NCBI GenBank assembly: GCA_034189385.1
Contig: JAXHVD010000012.1
Coordinates: forward strand, 1-64,000
Direction of reading: 5' to 3'
DNA: 64,000 nucleotides
Source of the DNA: Thermodesulfobacteriota bacterium
GTDB taxonomy: Bacteria > Desulfobacterota > Desulfobacteria > Desulfobacterales > C00003060
Shown here: positions 17,923-29,936 of the stretch, piece after piece
How positions within the stretch are numbered: the first letter of the stretch is position 1
How the letters are laid out: every line of letters begins with the position of its first letter
Position numbers and translations under genes: made by a program
The notes under the pieces: model-generated
What the model saw: the letters and a program-made list of their open reading frames with translations, nothing else
The model's database searches: none
Told to the model about the DNA's origin: nothing

Positions 17923-19020
17923 CTAGTGCACTGTGTTCTCCTTGATAACCTCCAGAATCTCTTTGGGGGTGTGAATTCTGCCTCCCATGAGATTCAAGCC
18001 TTTGACGATCCCTTTCTTGATGTAACGCTCAACTTCCACCCGTATCTGCCCTGCGTTGACCTCTGCGACGAGAAACACCTTTCCCTTTTTGTCCAACTCC
18101 TGAAGAAGGTCCTTTGGAAAGGGCCACGCCGTAATCAGTCGGATCATGGCCACCTTGAGCCTTCTCCTTCGGGCCTGTTTTATGGCAGCCTTCACAGCCC
18201 GCGATTCAGACCCGTAACAAATAACGACTACATCGGCATCTTCTGGATCTGCGTAGGTTTCATACTTGACAATCTTGTGGGCGTTTTTCTTGACCTTGTC
18301 AAGGAGGTGCCGAACCAGATGCTCCTCAGTGTCTGGATTGATCCTGGGGAGATGGTTTTCAAGATCATGGGTCAGGCCAGTCGTGTGGAAACGGTGCCCC
18401 TTGCCTATAATCCTGACGTCACGGGACAGTGGCACTGGAGGAAGGTCAGGGATGGTGATCGGCTCATCCATGTGGCCTATGATTTCGTCCAGCATCAATA
18501 CTACCGGCATCAAGTATTCTTGCGAAAGCCTGCATGCCTCATAGGTCAGAAATAAGGTCTCCTGAACGGAGTTTGGCACAAGGACGATAACAGGCCTTTC
18601 TCCGTGGCTTCCCCATCTGGCCTGCATCATGTCGCCTTGTCCCATCCATGTGGGCATGCCGGTGGAAGGTCCCCCCCGCTGGACGTTTACGCAAACGACC
18701 GGCGATTCGATCATGGCCGCAAACCCCAGGCCCTCTGACATCAAGCTAAAGCCAGGGCCCGAGGTGGCAGTGACGGCAATGGCTCCAGTCAGGCCTGCTC
18801 CTGCAATCGCCTGCACGGAGCCAATCTCATCTTCCATCTGTATGAACGCACTGCCCCGTTTTGGCAGGACCACCGAAGCGCGGGTAGCAATCTCAGAGGC
18901 AGGAGTGATGGGATAACCGGCATAGACAACACGCCTTTTTTTCCCCGCAGCGCAACACAGTCCTTCAACCACCGCATCATTTCCGCTAAGCAACATCCTG
19001 TTCTTATCCTCAGTCATCAT
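17923..19020 (-). CDS. korA: 2-oxoacid:ferredoxin oxidoreductase alpha subunit (KorA-like)
   Basis: AGYPITPASE, QMEDE, TATSGPGFSLM, QRGGPSTGMPT. Confidence 0.9.
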   Translation of the reverse strand: MMTEDKNRMLLSGNDAVVEGLCCAAGKKRRVVYAGYPITPASEIATRASVVLPKRGSAFIQMEDEIGSVQAIAGAGLTGAIAVTATSGPGFSLMSEGLGFAAMIESPVVCVNVQRGGPSTGMPTWMGQGDMMQARWGSHGERPVIVLVPNSVQETLFLTYEACRLSQEYLMPVVLMLDEIIGHMDEPITIPDLPPVPLSRDVRIIGKGHRFHTTGLTHDLENHLPRINPDTEEHLVRHLLDKVKKNAHKIVKYETYADPEDADVVVICYGSESRAVKAAIKQARRRRLKVAMIRLITAWPFPKDLLQELDKKGKVFLVAEVNAGQIRVEVERYIKKGIVKGLNLMGGRIHTPKEILEVIKENTVH

Positions 19021-19379
19021 GAAACTCCAAAAAAGAGATTTTGTCAGAAAAGGTGACTCTTAACAAAAAATCCTACCAACTGTCAATCTCTTCACCTCTT
19101 TACTCTGGATCATGGGGTCCTCAATTGAATCATCCTTGTCTGCATGCTATGCTTTTATGGGTGTCACACAATGTGCTTCCCATGGGACTTGGCTCACCCT
19201 GGAAGCACTGCAGGTAGAAAGGCAAGCGTTCCTTTGGAACCGTTTTCCGGGCTCAGCCGACCTGAAATCAGGGCCGAAGATAGGGCCCCATCTGAGACTT
19301 CCTAAAGGGGGCCCGTTCACGCAAGGCCAGGGCGGAGTGGGCGCTGGCCACAAATCTGGACATCTATGAAAGGTCTTCT

Positions 19380-20198
19380 GTGCCTCAAGTAACAAAGGCG
19401 ATCATCCCAGCAGCCGGCTTAGGAACCAGGCTGAAGCCACTGACAACGTACACGCCCAAAGAGCTTCTCCCGATAGGAGAGAAGCCCATGATCCAATATA
19501 CCCTTGAGATGTACATGGCATCTGGGATATCTGAACTCTGTATCATAACGAGTCCTGAAAAACGGCTGATAAAGGATTTCGTGACCGGTGACTGGTTGCC
19601 CCCTACCCTCCCCTTTTCCAGGGACGAGGGCCTTTACAGAGACCTGGAAGGGTGTTGCACGGTTTTTCTGACTCAAAAAGAGCCCAGAGGGGTTGCAGAC
19701 GCCATCTCCCTGGCAAGAGATTTCGTGGGCAATGAACCTTTTGCATGCGTGATGCCGGACTGTCTTCTTTTCTCCAATGAACCAATGGTAAAACAGTTGA
19801 TGAGGGGCTTTAGGAGGTGCAAGACCAATGTTATGGGCACTACCTTCATCAGAGGCGAAGATATCCGTCGTTTTGGAAATGTCGGGGTCTTGCAGACTCA
19901 AAGGGCTTATGACGACTGCCCCGCCATCATCTCCCTTTCTGATAAGAAGAAGGAACCCCTGTCTAACAACGCGGACGCCATTATTCACAAGGGCTTTGGG
20001 GGGGGGATATATTTTTCAGAGTATTTTCATCTGTTGGAGGCCACGCGCCCCCATGCCAAAGGAGAGGTAGATGACGTGCCTATCCATCAGATCCTTGCAA
20101 GAGAGGGCACGCTGGTGGGCATTCCCCTGCATGGCGTGGCCTTTGATGCGGGTCATCCTCTAGGCTATCGTGCTGCAGCCCGTTTCGCAGGAAGGTGA
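19380..20198 (+). CDS. Sugar-phosphate nucleotidyltransferase (GalU-like)
   Basis: KAIIPAAGLGTRL...PKELLP, QKEPRGVADA. Confidence 0.85.
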   Translation: MPQVTKAIIPAAGLGTRLKPLTTYTPKELLPIGEKPMIQYTLEMYMASGISELCIITSPEKRLIKDFVTGDWLPPTLPFSRDEGLYRDLEGCCTVFLTQKEPRGVADAISLARDFVGNEPFACVMPDCLLFSNEPMVKQLMRGFRRCKTNVMGTTFIRGEDIRRFGNVGVLQTQRAYDDCPAIISLSDKKKEPLSNNADAIIHKGFGGGIYFSEYFHLLEATRPHAKGEVDDVPIHQILAREGTLVGIPLHGVAFDAGHPLGYRAAARFAGR

Positions 20199-20211
20199 GG
20201 ACAGGGCGGAC

Positions 20212-21057
20212 GTGACGTCTCCAAGCTCACTTCTAAAGGCCTGGCAAATTCGTCCCCGCAAGTCTATGGGGCAGCATTTCCTGGCAGATCCCAATGTGGC
20301 ATCGATGATTGTGAGGCACGGAGATGTTGACGAACAAGATGTCATCCTTGAGATAGGCGCTGGATTAGGGGCCCTTACCGTTCCTCTCGCCCGCAAAGCA
20401 AGACATGTCCTGGCCGTGGAGCCAGACAGCAAGATCGCAGCCCTCCTGGGCAATGAGCTCTTGGCCGCAGGTGTGTCCAATGTTACCATTATCCAGGAAG
20501 ACATCCTGCGTTGTGATATGAAGGCGCTGACTGACGTTGCGGCCTCAGATAGGCCCGTAACGGCCGTGGGCAATCTTCCGTATCACATCTCTTCTCAGGT
20601 GCTGATATATTTGATCAGCTGGCGTTCATATATCGATCGTGCCATCCTCATGTTCCAAAGAGAGCTTGCAGAACGTCTCTTAGCCGGGCCAGGAACCAAG
20701 GTCTATGGAAGGCTCTCTGTATTGGTTCAATACTGTGCCAAGATTGACACCATCGCCCAAGTGGCGGCCCCATCCTTCTACCCGCAGCCCAAAGTCGATT
20801 CAACGGTTGTGCGCGCTATATTTGTGAATCCTCCTCCTTTTCCTGCCGCAGATGAGGGCCTCTTTCTTCAGATCGTCCGGGCGGCATTCGCAAAAAGACG
20901 GAAGACACTGAAAAACGCGCTTATAAGAAGTGACCTTGGATTCAACGAAGGCCAAGTCTTAGAGGCGCTCCGTGTAACAGGCATCGATCCCAAAAGACGA
21001 GCAGAGACCTTGAGCGTGACAGACTTCGTCGCCCTAGCGAACCGTCTTGGGGGCTAG
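20212..21057 (+). CDS. rsmA: 16S rRNA m6,2A dimethyltransferase
   Basis: KSMGQHFL, LEIGAGLGALT, GNLPY, YGRLSV, PKVDS, RRKTL. Confidence 0.95.
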   Translation: MTSPSSLLKAWQIRPRKSMGQHFLADPNVASMIVRHGDVDEQDVILEIGAGLGALTVPLARKARHVLAVEPDSKIAALLGNELLAAGVSNVTIIQEDILRCDMKALTDVAASDRPVTAVGNLPYHISSQVLIYLISWRSYIDRAILMFQRELAERLLAGPGTKVYGRLSVLVQYCAKIDTIAQVAAPSFYPQPKVDSTVVRAIFVNPPPFPAADEGLFLQIVRAAFAKRRKTLKNALIRSDLGFNEGQVLEALRVTGIDPKRRAETLSVTDFVALANRLGG

Positions 21058-21084
21058 ATGAGCGCTATTTTAGAAGCAAACCGA

Positions 21085-21112
21085 TTGACATCACGGGGAA
21101 ACGCATTATATT
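21085..21112 (+). promoter_or_regulatory. Putative sigma70 promoter of panC-panD-metK
   Basis: TTGACA-N16-TATATT. Confidence 0.45.
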
Positions 21113-21164
21113 GTGGTTTCTGTTGTTTACATGGGCCTAACGAGCCTGTGCATAGGGATGGGGA

Positions 21165-22022
21165 TTGGAGAGAATCATCAAGATCGTTAAAGACAGCTAC
21201 ACCATGCAGCAAGCTGCTAATCGCCTGCTACAAGAGGGGAAGACCATTGTCTTTGTTCCCACCATGGGATACCTTCACGAGGGACATCTTGCCCTAATGC
21301 GCGAAGGGCAAGAACATGGAGACACCCTCATTGTCAGCATCTTTGTCAACCCCACGCAGTTTTCCCCAACAGAAGATTTTCTGGATTATCCAAGGGATCT
21401 GAATCGGGATGCCAATTTGGCTGAGGGTGTAGGCGTAGACATGATCTTTGCCCCTGAAGCAGAGACCATGTTCAACAAAGGGTTTCAGACATATGTTGAT
21501 CTAGAACGGCTCCCTTTGCATCTGTGCGGTCCGTCAAGGCCGGGCCATTTTCGTGGTGTAGCCACTGTAGTAACCAAGCTCTTTCACATCGTCAAACCAC
21601 ATGTGGCCGTGTTCGGGGAAAAGGATTATCAACAGCTGGCAGTGGTCCGCCGTTTGGTTCAAGATTTGAGCTTCGATGTTCGCATTATTGGGGTTCCCAC
21701 TGAAAGGGAAAGGGATGGCCTGGCCATGAGTTCCCGAAACGCCTATCTGTCTGCTGATGAGAGGTCCTCTGCCTCGTCTCTATTTCAGTCCCTTCAATTG
21801 GCCCGTGAAAGGCTTGGGCAGGGCATCACGGATGCCGAGTCCCTTGTTGAAGAGGTATCGGGGTTGATTCTCTCCTATCCATGCACAAAGATCGATTATG
21901 TTACCCTGTGTCACCCAGAAACCCTTGAGGATGTAAAACGGGTTGAAGAACCGAGCCTCTTGGCCCTTGCGGTATGGGTAGGCAAAACCCGTTTGATAGA
22001 TAATGCTGTGCTGACTCCATAG
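21165..22022 (+). CDS. panC: Pantoate--beta-alanine ligase
   Basis: VPTMGYLHEGH, SIFVNPTQF, FGEKDYQQ, AMSSRN, TRLIDN. Confidence 0.96.
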   Translation: MERIIKIVKDSYTMQQAANRLLQEGKTIVFVPTMGYLHEGHLALMREGQEHGDTLIVSIFVNPTQFSPTEDFLDYPRDLNRDANLAEGVGVDMIFAPEAETMFNKGFQTYVDLERLPLHLCGPSRPGHFRGVATVVTKLFHIVKPHVAVFGEKDYQQLAVVRRLVQDLSFDVRIIGVPTERERDGLAMSSRNAYLSADERSSASSLFQSLQLARERLGQGITDAESLVEEVSGLILSYPCTKIDYVTLCHPETLEDVKRVEEPSLLALAVWVGKTRLIDNAVLTP

Positions 22023-22075
22023 ACGATGTTATTTGTAACCCAACTTAAGATGATGTCACACGATGGGAACTTGAC

Positions 22076-22432
22076 ATGATTCGCACTATCCTGAAATCAA
22101 AGATACACGGTGCTACTGTTACTGATGTCGATGTACGCTACGAGGGCAGCTTAGGGATCGATGCCATCCTTATGAAAGCAGCAAACATCTTCCCTTACGA
22201 GCTGGTCCAAGTTTACAGTGTCAGCAACGGAGAACGATTTGAAACATATGCCATAGAGGAGGCGCCTGGCTCAGGAGCCATTGTGTTGAAAGGCGCTGCC
22301 GCCCGCAAAGGGGTACCAGGGGACGTGATCATCATCACCTGTTTCACGACCATGGACGATACAAGTCTGGACGAATTCAAGCCTGCTATTGTGTTTGTGG
22401 ATGAAGACAATAGGGTCAAGGAGGAAAGATGA
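22076..22432 (+). CDS. panD: Aspartate 1-decarboxylase
   Basis: KSKIH, YEGS cleavage site, GERFETY, GAAAR. Confidence 0.93.
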   Translation: MIRTILKSKIHGATVTDVDVRYEGSLGIDAILMKAANIFPYELVQVYSVSNGERFETYAIEEAPGSGAIVLKGAAARKGVPGDVIIITCFTTMDDTSLDEFKPAIVFVDEDNRVKEER

Positions 22433-23640
22433 GTAAGAAGAATTACCTATTTACTTCAGAATCCGTAACAGAAGGCCACCCTGACAAGGTGGCGGACAGG
22501 ATATCAGATACCATTTTAGACAGTATATTGGCGCAAGACAAGAAGGCCCGAGTGGCCTGTGAGACCCTTGTGACTACAGGCCTTGCATTTATCGCCGGGG
22601 AGATTACAACAGAATGCTACGTGGACATCCCGCACCTCGTCCGTGACACTATTCGAAACATCGGATACCATTCTTCGGCTATGGGTTTTGACTGGGAGAC
22701 TTGCGCGGTGATCACCAGTATTGATCAGCAATCTCCAGATATTGCCCAGGGCGTTAATGGCAAGGGCCTGTCCAAGGAACAGGGGGCGGGGGACCAGGGC
22801 CTCATGTTTGGCTATGCCTGTGACGAAACCCCAGAACTGATGCCCATGCCTATATGCTACGCCCACAAACTGGCCATGCGTCTCACAGAGGTGCGCAAGA
22901 ATGGATCCCTGGATTTTCTTCGGCCTGACGGAAAGTCCCAGATTACGATTGAATACGTTAATGGCGACCCCAAGCGGGTTGAGGCCGTTGTCGTTGCAGC
23001 CCAGCACAGCCCAGAGGTCTCTTATGCGGAGTTGAAAGGGGCCATTATCAATGAAGTGATTAAGAAAGTGGTGCCCAAAAAGATGATCGATGGCGACACG
23101 AAGTATTTCATCAATACAACGGGCAGGTTCGTGGTGGGGGGACCCATGGGAGATGCTGGTCTGACGGGCCGAAAAATCATCGTAGACACCTACGGTGGCC
23201 AAGGAAGTCATGGCGGAGGGTGTTTCTCGGGGAAAGATCCCTCCAAAGTGGACCGAAGCGCTTCCTACATGGCAAGGCACATTGCCAAGAACATCGTGGC
23301 AGCAAGGTTAGCCAGGAAATGCGAAGTCCAGTTGGCCTATTCCATTGGTGTGGCACAGCCGGTTTCCGTACTCGTGGACACGTTCGGCACCGAGGAGATT
23401 CCTAGAGACAGGCTTGCCGAGATGGTGCGCGAAACCTTTGACCTGAGACCAGCGGCCATCATTGAGTATCTGGACCTCCTGCGACCCATTTACAGAAAGA
23501 CGTCCGCCTACGGCCACTTTGGACGCAATGATCCAGACTTCACGTGGGAAAAGACCAATATGGCCGAGGTGCTGGCAGAAAAGGCAGGTCTTAAGAAACC
23601 GGGCAGAAAGGCGTCACCGAAGAAACCACGCAAGGCCTAG
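22429..23640 (+). CDS. metK: S-adenosylmethionine synthetase
   Basis: [35 protein letters not shown]. Confidence 0.98.
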   Translation: MSKKNYLFTSESVTEGHPDKVADRISDTILDSILAQDKKARVACETLVTTGLAFIAGEITTECYVDIPHLVRDTIRNIGYHSSAMGFDWETCAVITSIDQQSPDIAQGVNGKGLSKEQGAGDQGLMFGYACDETPELMPMPICYAHKLAMRLTEVRKNGSLDFLRPDGKSQITIEYVNGDPKRVEAVVVAAQHSPEVSYAELKGAIINEVIKKVVPKKMIDGDTKYFINTTGRFVVGGPMGDAGLTGRKIIVDTYGGQGSHGGGCFSGKDPSKVDRSASYMARHIAKNIVAARLARKCEVQLAYSIGVAQPVSVLVDTFGTEEIPRDRLAEMVRETFDLRPAAIIEYLDLLRPIYRKTSAYGHFGRNDPDFTWEKTNMAEVLAEKAGLKKPGRKASPKKPRKA

Positions 23641-23758
23641 CTCCAATCCATCATGGATAGGTTTTCAGGATTATACTCTGAACAGAGAGGCGAACGTGGG
23701 CCTTGGCCCAGGGAAAGGGCCCAAAGGCCAGTTCCCCGAGCAATAAAAATAGAGCTAA

Positions 23759-25039
<1,281 letters not shown>

Positions 25040-25132
25040 AGAAGGTGACAAGAAAACCTGTGGGCTGTGGCGGTTTCTTTATCACTGCACGGCCTATTGG
25101 GGCAATGAGGGGATGAAGGGACTTCAGTCCCT

Positions 25133-25999
25133 TCATCCCAGATTTTTCCCGCTCTTCAAAGCGTTGAGAATACTTGCTGCTGCCTCCTCAATGGCCTTGG
25201 CAGACATATCAATGATCCGCCATCGTGGATTCTCTTCGTAAATCCGCTCACACCAATCGATCTCATCTGCTATCTTAAGGGGGTCTGCGTACTTTGCATA
25301 GGGGGTAAGACCCAAGTGCTTCAATCTCGACTCTCTAACCTTGACTAGGCTCTCAACGCTTATGAGGAGGCCAAGAACCTTACTCTGATCTACCTCAAAC
25401 AGCTGCTCCGGGGGATCCAGGTCCGGATGAAGGGGCACATTGGCCACCTTCCATCCCTGGTTGGCCAGGTAGGTAGAGAGAGGCGTTTTGCCTGTTCGAG
25501 AAAGACCTACCAGGATCAGGTCAGCATGTTTTAGACCCTGGGGCATCTTCCCGTCGTCGTGTTTCACCGCAAAATTAATCGCGTCAATCCGGCAATAGTA
25601 GTCTTCGTCTAGGATATATTGTCTTCCAGGAATCGCCATCGGCTTTTCGCCCAAAAACATGGACAGCTGCACAATGAAATCGCCAATCACATCAATAGCC
25701 TTTATCCCTCGGCGTTCGGCTTCCCCTATCAAGAAATCCCTCGAACGTGACCGGAGCACGGTAAAGGCCACCAAGGCTTTGTCTTCTGCTGCCTTCTTCG
25801 CAATACTCTCCAGCTGCTGTTTGTTTCTCACCTGGAAGAATGTCTTGACCTCGATGTTTCCCCCGCTAAACTGCGCTAGAGATGCCCTGGCAATCTTGCT
25901 GATGGTCTCTCCGGTCATTTCTCCTACCAGGTAAATGATCTTGGATTTGGAAGGACGCTTCTTTGGTGTGCCCCTTTTTCTTTTCATACGCCCTCCCAC
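25133..25999 (-). CDS. PEP synthase/PPDK regulatory kinase-pyrophosphorylase (DUF299)
   Basis: AINFAVKHDDG, GLSRTGKTPLSTYLA, ANVPL. Confidence 0.92.
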   Translation of the reverse strand: MGGRMKRKRGTPKKRPSKSKIIYLVGEMTGETISKIARASLAQFSGGNIEVKTFFQVRNKQQLESIAKKAAEDKALVAFTVLRSRSRDFLIGEAERRGIKAIDVIGDFIVQLSMFLGEKPMAIPGRQYILDEDYYCRIDAINFAVKHDDGKMPQGLKHADLILVGLSRTGKTPLSTYLANQGWKVANVPLHPDLDPPEQLFEVDQSKVLGLLISVESLVKVRESRLKHLGLTPYAKYADPLKIADEIDWCERIYEENPRWRIIDMSAKAIEEAAASILNALKSGKNLG

Positions 26000-26367
26000 A
26001 AGAAAAATGTGCTCTTCCCTTGGCGGACCAGTCGTCCCCCTGGGTATTCAGAAGCCAAGGGTTTTACAATGAGGCAAGCCCCCATCTCTTTCGCCAGTCT
26101 TTTCATATAAGGAACCAGCTCAACAGGTGGCCGCAAGGCGTAGATCAACTCCACTCCGGCATATATCGGCTTGTTCGGCTCTGTGATATCATCTACGATT
26201 ACCTTTAGCCCCCTGTATTGAAACGGCTTGATGTCAGTAGCAAAAACCCGCAATCCCCCATCCACAAGGGCCAAGGCCAAATCCGGGAAATGGCCGATTC
26301 CGACTTCCACGCCATACTTGTATCTGTGAACGATGTAGTCCACGAGCCCCTTGCAACTGCTTCGCAC
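25984..26367 (-). CDS. UPF0146 family protein
   Basis: VEVGIG, DDITEP, LIYALRPPVEL, LIVKPL. Confidence 0.75.
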   Translation of the reverse strand: MRSSCKGLVDYIVHRYKYGVEVGIGHFPDLALALVDGGLRVFATDIKPFQYRGLKVIVDDITEPNKPIYAGVELIYALRPPVELVPYMKRLAKEMGACLIVKPLASEYPGGRLVRQGKSTFFLWEGV

Positions 26368-26370
26368 AGA

Positions 26371-28758
26371 TCAATCCTCCACAAACCGCCAGAAAAAGAT
26401 ATCCTTCATGGGAATCTTGGCGATCCTGGGATTCGTTACCATGCCCAGGGCATTTTCCATCTGAATCTTTTTTTCCACCATGGCCACGCCTCGTCTGGAT
26501 GATACGACAGTGTCAGGGAGTACGGATATGGACGTACAGCCGCATCGAATCATGAACTCAAGATAGTCGGGATACACGCTGGGGGCCTGCCCGCAGATCG
26601 ACGTTGTCACACCATGCTTTTTGCACACGGCAATGGTATATGCGATGGCCCGAAGCACACCCAGGTTTCGCTCATCGTAGAGGTCCTGAACAGAGACATC
26701 GTTTCTATCCACGCCAAGGACGAGCATGGTCAAATCGTTGGTTCCGAAACTGATGCCGTCTATACCCTCCTTGCAGAATTCTTCTATCATGAAGCAGGCA
26801 CTGGGAACCTCCACCATGATCCAGAGCTGAAAATCAGCGTTCGCGCGGTGATCCAATCCCTCTTCACGCATGATCTGAACGGCCTGCCTGAAAACCCGGC
26901 GTGTTCGCACAAACGGGAGCATGACCCAGACGTTGTTGAGCCCCATGGTGTCTCTGACCTTTTGTATGGCCTGCAATTCAAGCCTGAAGATATCATCCTC
27001 CTTTATGTACCTGTGTTGCCCCCTGTAGCCGATCATGGGATTGGGGCCCACGTGGTCTCGTTCATATTTCTCACCGCCAGGCAATTCGAGAAATTCGTCC
27101 GGTTTGAAATCCAGGAATCTATATATCACGGGCTTGGGGAAAAAAGCCTCGGCCACTTGTCCGATCCCGCGGGCAAAGGTGTCGATCATGACCTGATTCC
27201 CACCCTCTTCCAACAGGAGTCTGGGGTGCTTGCCGATACTCAACATCAAGTGTTCCGCACGGAGTAAGCCCACGCCATCGGCATTGGTTTCCCGTGCAAC
27301 CTTTTCGGCGATTTCAGGAACCGCCAGATTTACATACACCTTGGTGCCTGTAGTCATCTGAGCCGAAAAGTCGACAGGAACAACGGCTGTCTTTTCAGCC
27401 TCTCTCTGAGCAATGGCCCCCTTGAAAACAAGGCCTCTCTGGCCTTCCACCGTCACCGTCTGTCCATCTTTTAAAACCTTTGTCGCGTTCTCGCATCCAA
27501 CCACAGCCGGAACGCCCAGTTCCCTGCTCACGATGGCCGCATGGCAGGTCTTGCCGCCCAGATCGGTGACCACGGCCGAGGCGATCTTCATGGCCGGGAC
27601 CCAATCTGGCGTCGTCATCTCTGTGACCAGAATGTCGCCTTCTTGAAAGGATGAAATCTCCTTCACATCCAGGATAACCTTGACCTTGCCCGACCCTCTG
27701 CCCGGGCTGACGCCCATTCCCCGCACCAGTATATCTTCTTCCATGAAAGCGCCCCCTTCCTCTTGCTTCACTGTCCCTTGGTCTCCATGAACGGTCTCAG
27801 GCCTAGCTTGAAGAATAAAGGTCCGTCCATCAGCGTCCACAGCCCACTCTATGTCCTGGGCAACCCCGTAATGCTTCTCAATCTGAAGGCCGTATTCTGC
27901 TATCCGCTGAATAGCATCATCGCTCAACGCCGGCCTTTCTTGCAGTTTCTTTGGAACGGTGAGCCACTTGGTGCTGCCCTTTTTGTCAGACACAATCTGT
28001 CTATCTTTCTTCACCACATGTTTGTCCACTATGCCCAGGGACGCCTTATCCACCACAAACTCATCCGGTGTGACCTGGCCGCTGACAACGGCTTCACCTA
28101 GGCCCCAGGAGGCATTGATGATCATCTTGTCTGTTTCACCGCTTACGGGCTCAATAGTAAACATCACGCCCGATGCCTCAGAAAAGACCAGCTCCTGCAC
28201 GGCCACACTGATCAGGACTTCTTCGTGGGAAAAGCCCTTTTCTTGTCGATAGACAATCGCCCTGGGTGTGAAGAGAGAACTCCAACACTGTTTCACGCTC
28301 TTAAGAAGGCTTTTTCGGGTCACATTTAAAAAGGTATCCTGCTGGCCTGCGAAGCTGGCCCCTGGAAGATCCTCAGCCGTTGCCGAAGACCGTACGGCCA
28401 CGGCCACGCTCTTCTTTCCGACTTGTTTGCAGAGGGCCTGATAGGCGTCCAATATGGCCTTTTCCATCTTCTTTGGCATGGATTGGCCTTCCACGTATTT
28501 TCTGATTTTTCGGGACACCTCCTGCAGTAATTCCATGTCCCCTACGTCAACACCTGAAAGCATTTCCTGAATCTTCTTGCCTGCCCCTGTCTTTTCTAGA
28601 AAGAACTGGTATGCTTGGGCAGACACGGCAAAACCATTGGGGACAGGCACTCCGATCTTTCCCAATAGCTCACCTAGGTTAGCGCATTTACCACCAACGA
28701 GCGGGATATCTCCTTTCCCCAGATCCTTAAACCACAGTACGAAACCGTTCTTCCTCAT
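26371..28758 (-). CDS. ppsA: Phosphoenolpyruvate synthase (pyruvate, water dikinase)
   Basis: VRSSATAEDLP, SFAGQQDT, QARPETV, GGKTCHAAIVSRE, SFGTNDLT, SICGQAPS. Confidence 0.95.
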   Translation of the reverse strand: MRKNGFVLWFKDLGKGDIPLVGGKCANLGELLGKIGVPVPNGFAVSAQAYQFFLEKTGAGKKIQEMLSGVDVGDMELLQEVSRKIRKYVEGQSMPKKMEKAILDAYQALCKQVGKKSVAVAVRSSATAEDLPGASFAGQQDTFLNVTRKSLLKSVKQCWSSLFTPRAIVYRQEKGFSHEEVLISVAVQELVFSEASGVMFTIEPVSGETDKMIINASWGLGEAVVSGQVTPDEFVVDKASLGIVDKHVVKKDRQIVSDKKGSTKWLTVPKKLQERPALSDDAIQRIAEYGLQIEKHYGVAQDIEWAVDADGRTFILQARPETVHGDQGTVKQEEGGAFMEEDILVRGMGVSPGRGSGKVKVILDVKEISSFQEGDILVTEMTTPDWVPAMKIASAVVTDLGGKTCHAAIVSRELGVPAVVGCENATKVLKDGQTVTVEGQRGLVFKGAIAQREAEKTAVVPVDFSAQMTTGTKVYVNLAVPEIAEKVARETNADGVGLLRAEHLMLSIGKHPRLLLEEGGNQVMIDTFARGIGQVAEAFFPKPVIYRFLDFKPDEFLELPGGEKYERDHVGPNPMIGYRGQHRYIKEDDIFRLELQAIQKVRDTMGLNNVWVMLPFVRTRRVFRQAVQIMREEGLDHRANADFQLWIMVEVPSACFMIEEFCKEGIDGISFGTNDLTMLVLGVDRNDVSVQDLYDERNLGVLRAIAYTIAVCKKHGVTTSICGQAPSVYPDYLEFMIRCGCTSISVLPDTVVSSRRGVAMVEKKIQMENALGMVTNPRIAKIPMKDIFFWRFVED

Positions 28759-28793
28759 GGCCTCATCATCTCCTTTTCCCTATTTGCCATTCA

Positions 28794-29585
28794 TCACACG
28801 ATTTTGTTTGCAATTTCCTCTATAGAGGCGTTCGTCACGTCCACGACCTGAATACCATCTATCTGTTTGAATATGCCCTGGCAGTGTGCCAGCTCCTCCC
28901 TGATACGGTTTATGTCCGTGTAATCCGTTGCCCCTGCATATTTGAGCCTCTTCTCCCTGATAAAGGCCAACCTTTCGGGCGCAATGGTAAGGCCTACCTT
29001 TCGCCGTTTCAGCGTAAAGATCTTTTTTGGAGGATTCACCTCTGGAATGATGGGGACATTGGCAACCTTAAGGCTGTTGTTGCATGACAGGTAAAGGCTT
29101 GTTGGTGTCTTTGAAGTCCTGGAAACGCCAAGGAGAATGAGATCGGCCTTGCCGAGGCTCTTTATCCCTTGACCGTCGTCATGTCGTAACGTGAAGTCGA
29201 TGGCCTCAGCAAGACGGATGGATTCCTCTCCCAACCCTTTAAACAAGCCCGGACGAAAAGCGGGAAGCATGTTCCAGAGTCTCCCCATCCGTTCCAAAAG
29301 GGGGCCAAGAAGATCGATGGTGTAGACCTGTCTTTTGACTTTTTCTTCAGAAATCCATGTGCGGAGCTCTTGAGAGACCAAGGAGTAGATGACGATAGCC
29401 TCAAGCTTCTCAGCTCTGGCCAAGACATTTTCTATTTGATCTTTCCTCTTGATGTAGGGGAATCTCTTGAAGATGGGGCTGATGGGCTTAAACTGCACCA
29501 AGACGGCGCTGATGACTCTTTCAGCGGTAAGGCCGGTAGCGTCAGAAACGATGAAGACGTAGACCTTTCTCTTGGGCGGGCTCAT
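28794..29585 (-). CDS. Second PEP synthase/PPDK regulatory protein (DUF299)
   Basis: VSDATGLTAE, AIDFTLRHDDG, GVSRTSKTPTSLYLS. Confidence 0.92.
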   Translation of the reverse strand: MSPPKRKVYVFIVSDATGLTAERVISAVLVQFKPISPIFKRFPYIKRKDQIENVLARAEKLEAIVIYSLVSQELRTWISEEKVKRQVYTIDLLGPLLERMGRLWNMLPAFRPGLFKGLGEESIRLAEAIDFTLRHDDGQGIKSLGKADLILLGVSRTSKTPTSLYLSCNNSLKVANVPIIPEVNPPKKIFTLKRRKVGLTIAPERLAFIREKRLKYAGATDYTDINRIREELAHCQGIFKQIDGIQVVDVTNASIEEIANKIV

Positions 29586-29936
29586 GGAATCGCGAAGCTT
29601 ACCTCCCCGAAAAGGCTATGACAGGCCCTTTCAATAAGGACATCCCACCAAAAGAACACCACGAAGGCATCTGCACAAACCGTTTGTGGCAGAGCGAAAA
29701 ACGTAATAGGTAGTAGTTCCCCTATCACGACAGTGAATAGTTATCAACAGTTTTCGGACAAACCTTCAGGTTAGAAGGGTCCGAGCCTCTTGCGCCTTTG
29801 GCGAGGCCGTTATCAGCTTCTTAGTGCTTGATTTGTTAGCAGTCCTATGCTATTAGGAGGCCCGGATCAGACGTTACTCGCAGTTGATCCAGACGGCCAA
29901 CAGTGCCTCAAATTTTTCTGGAAAGGAGCGTCAGCC

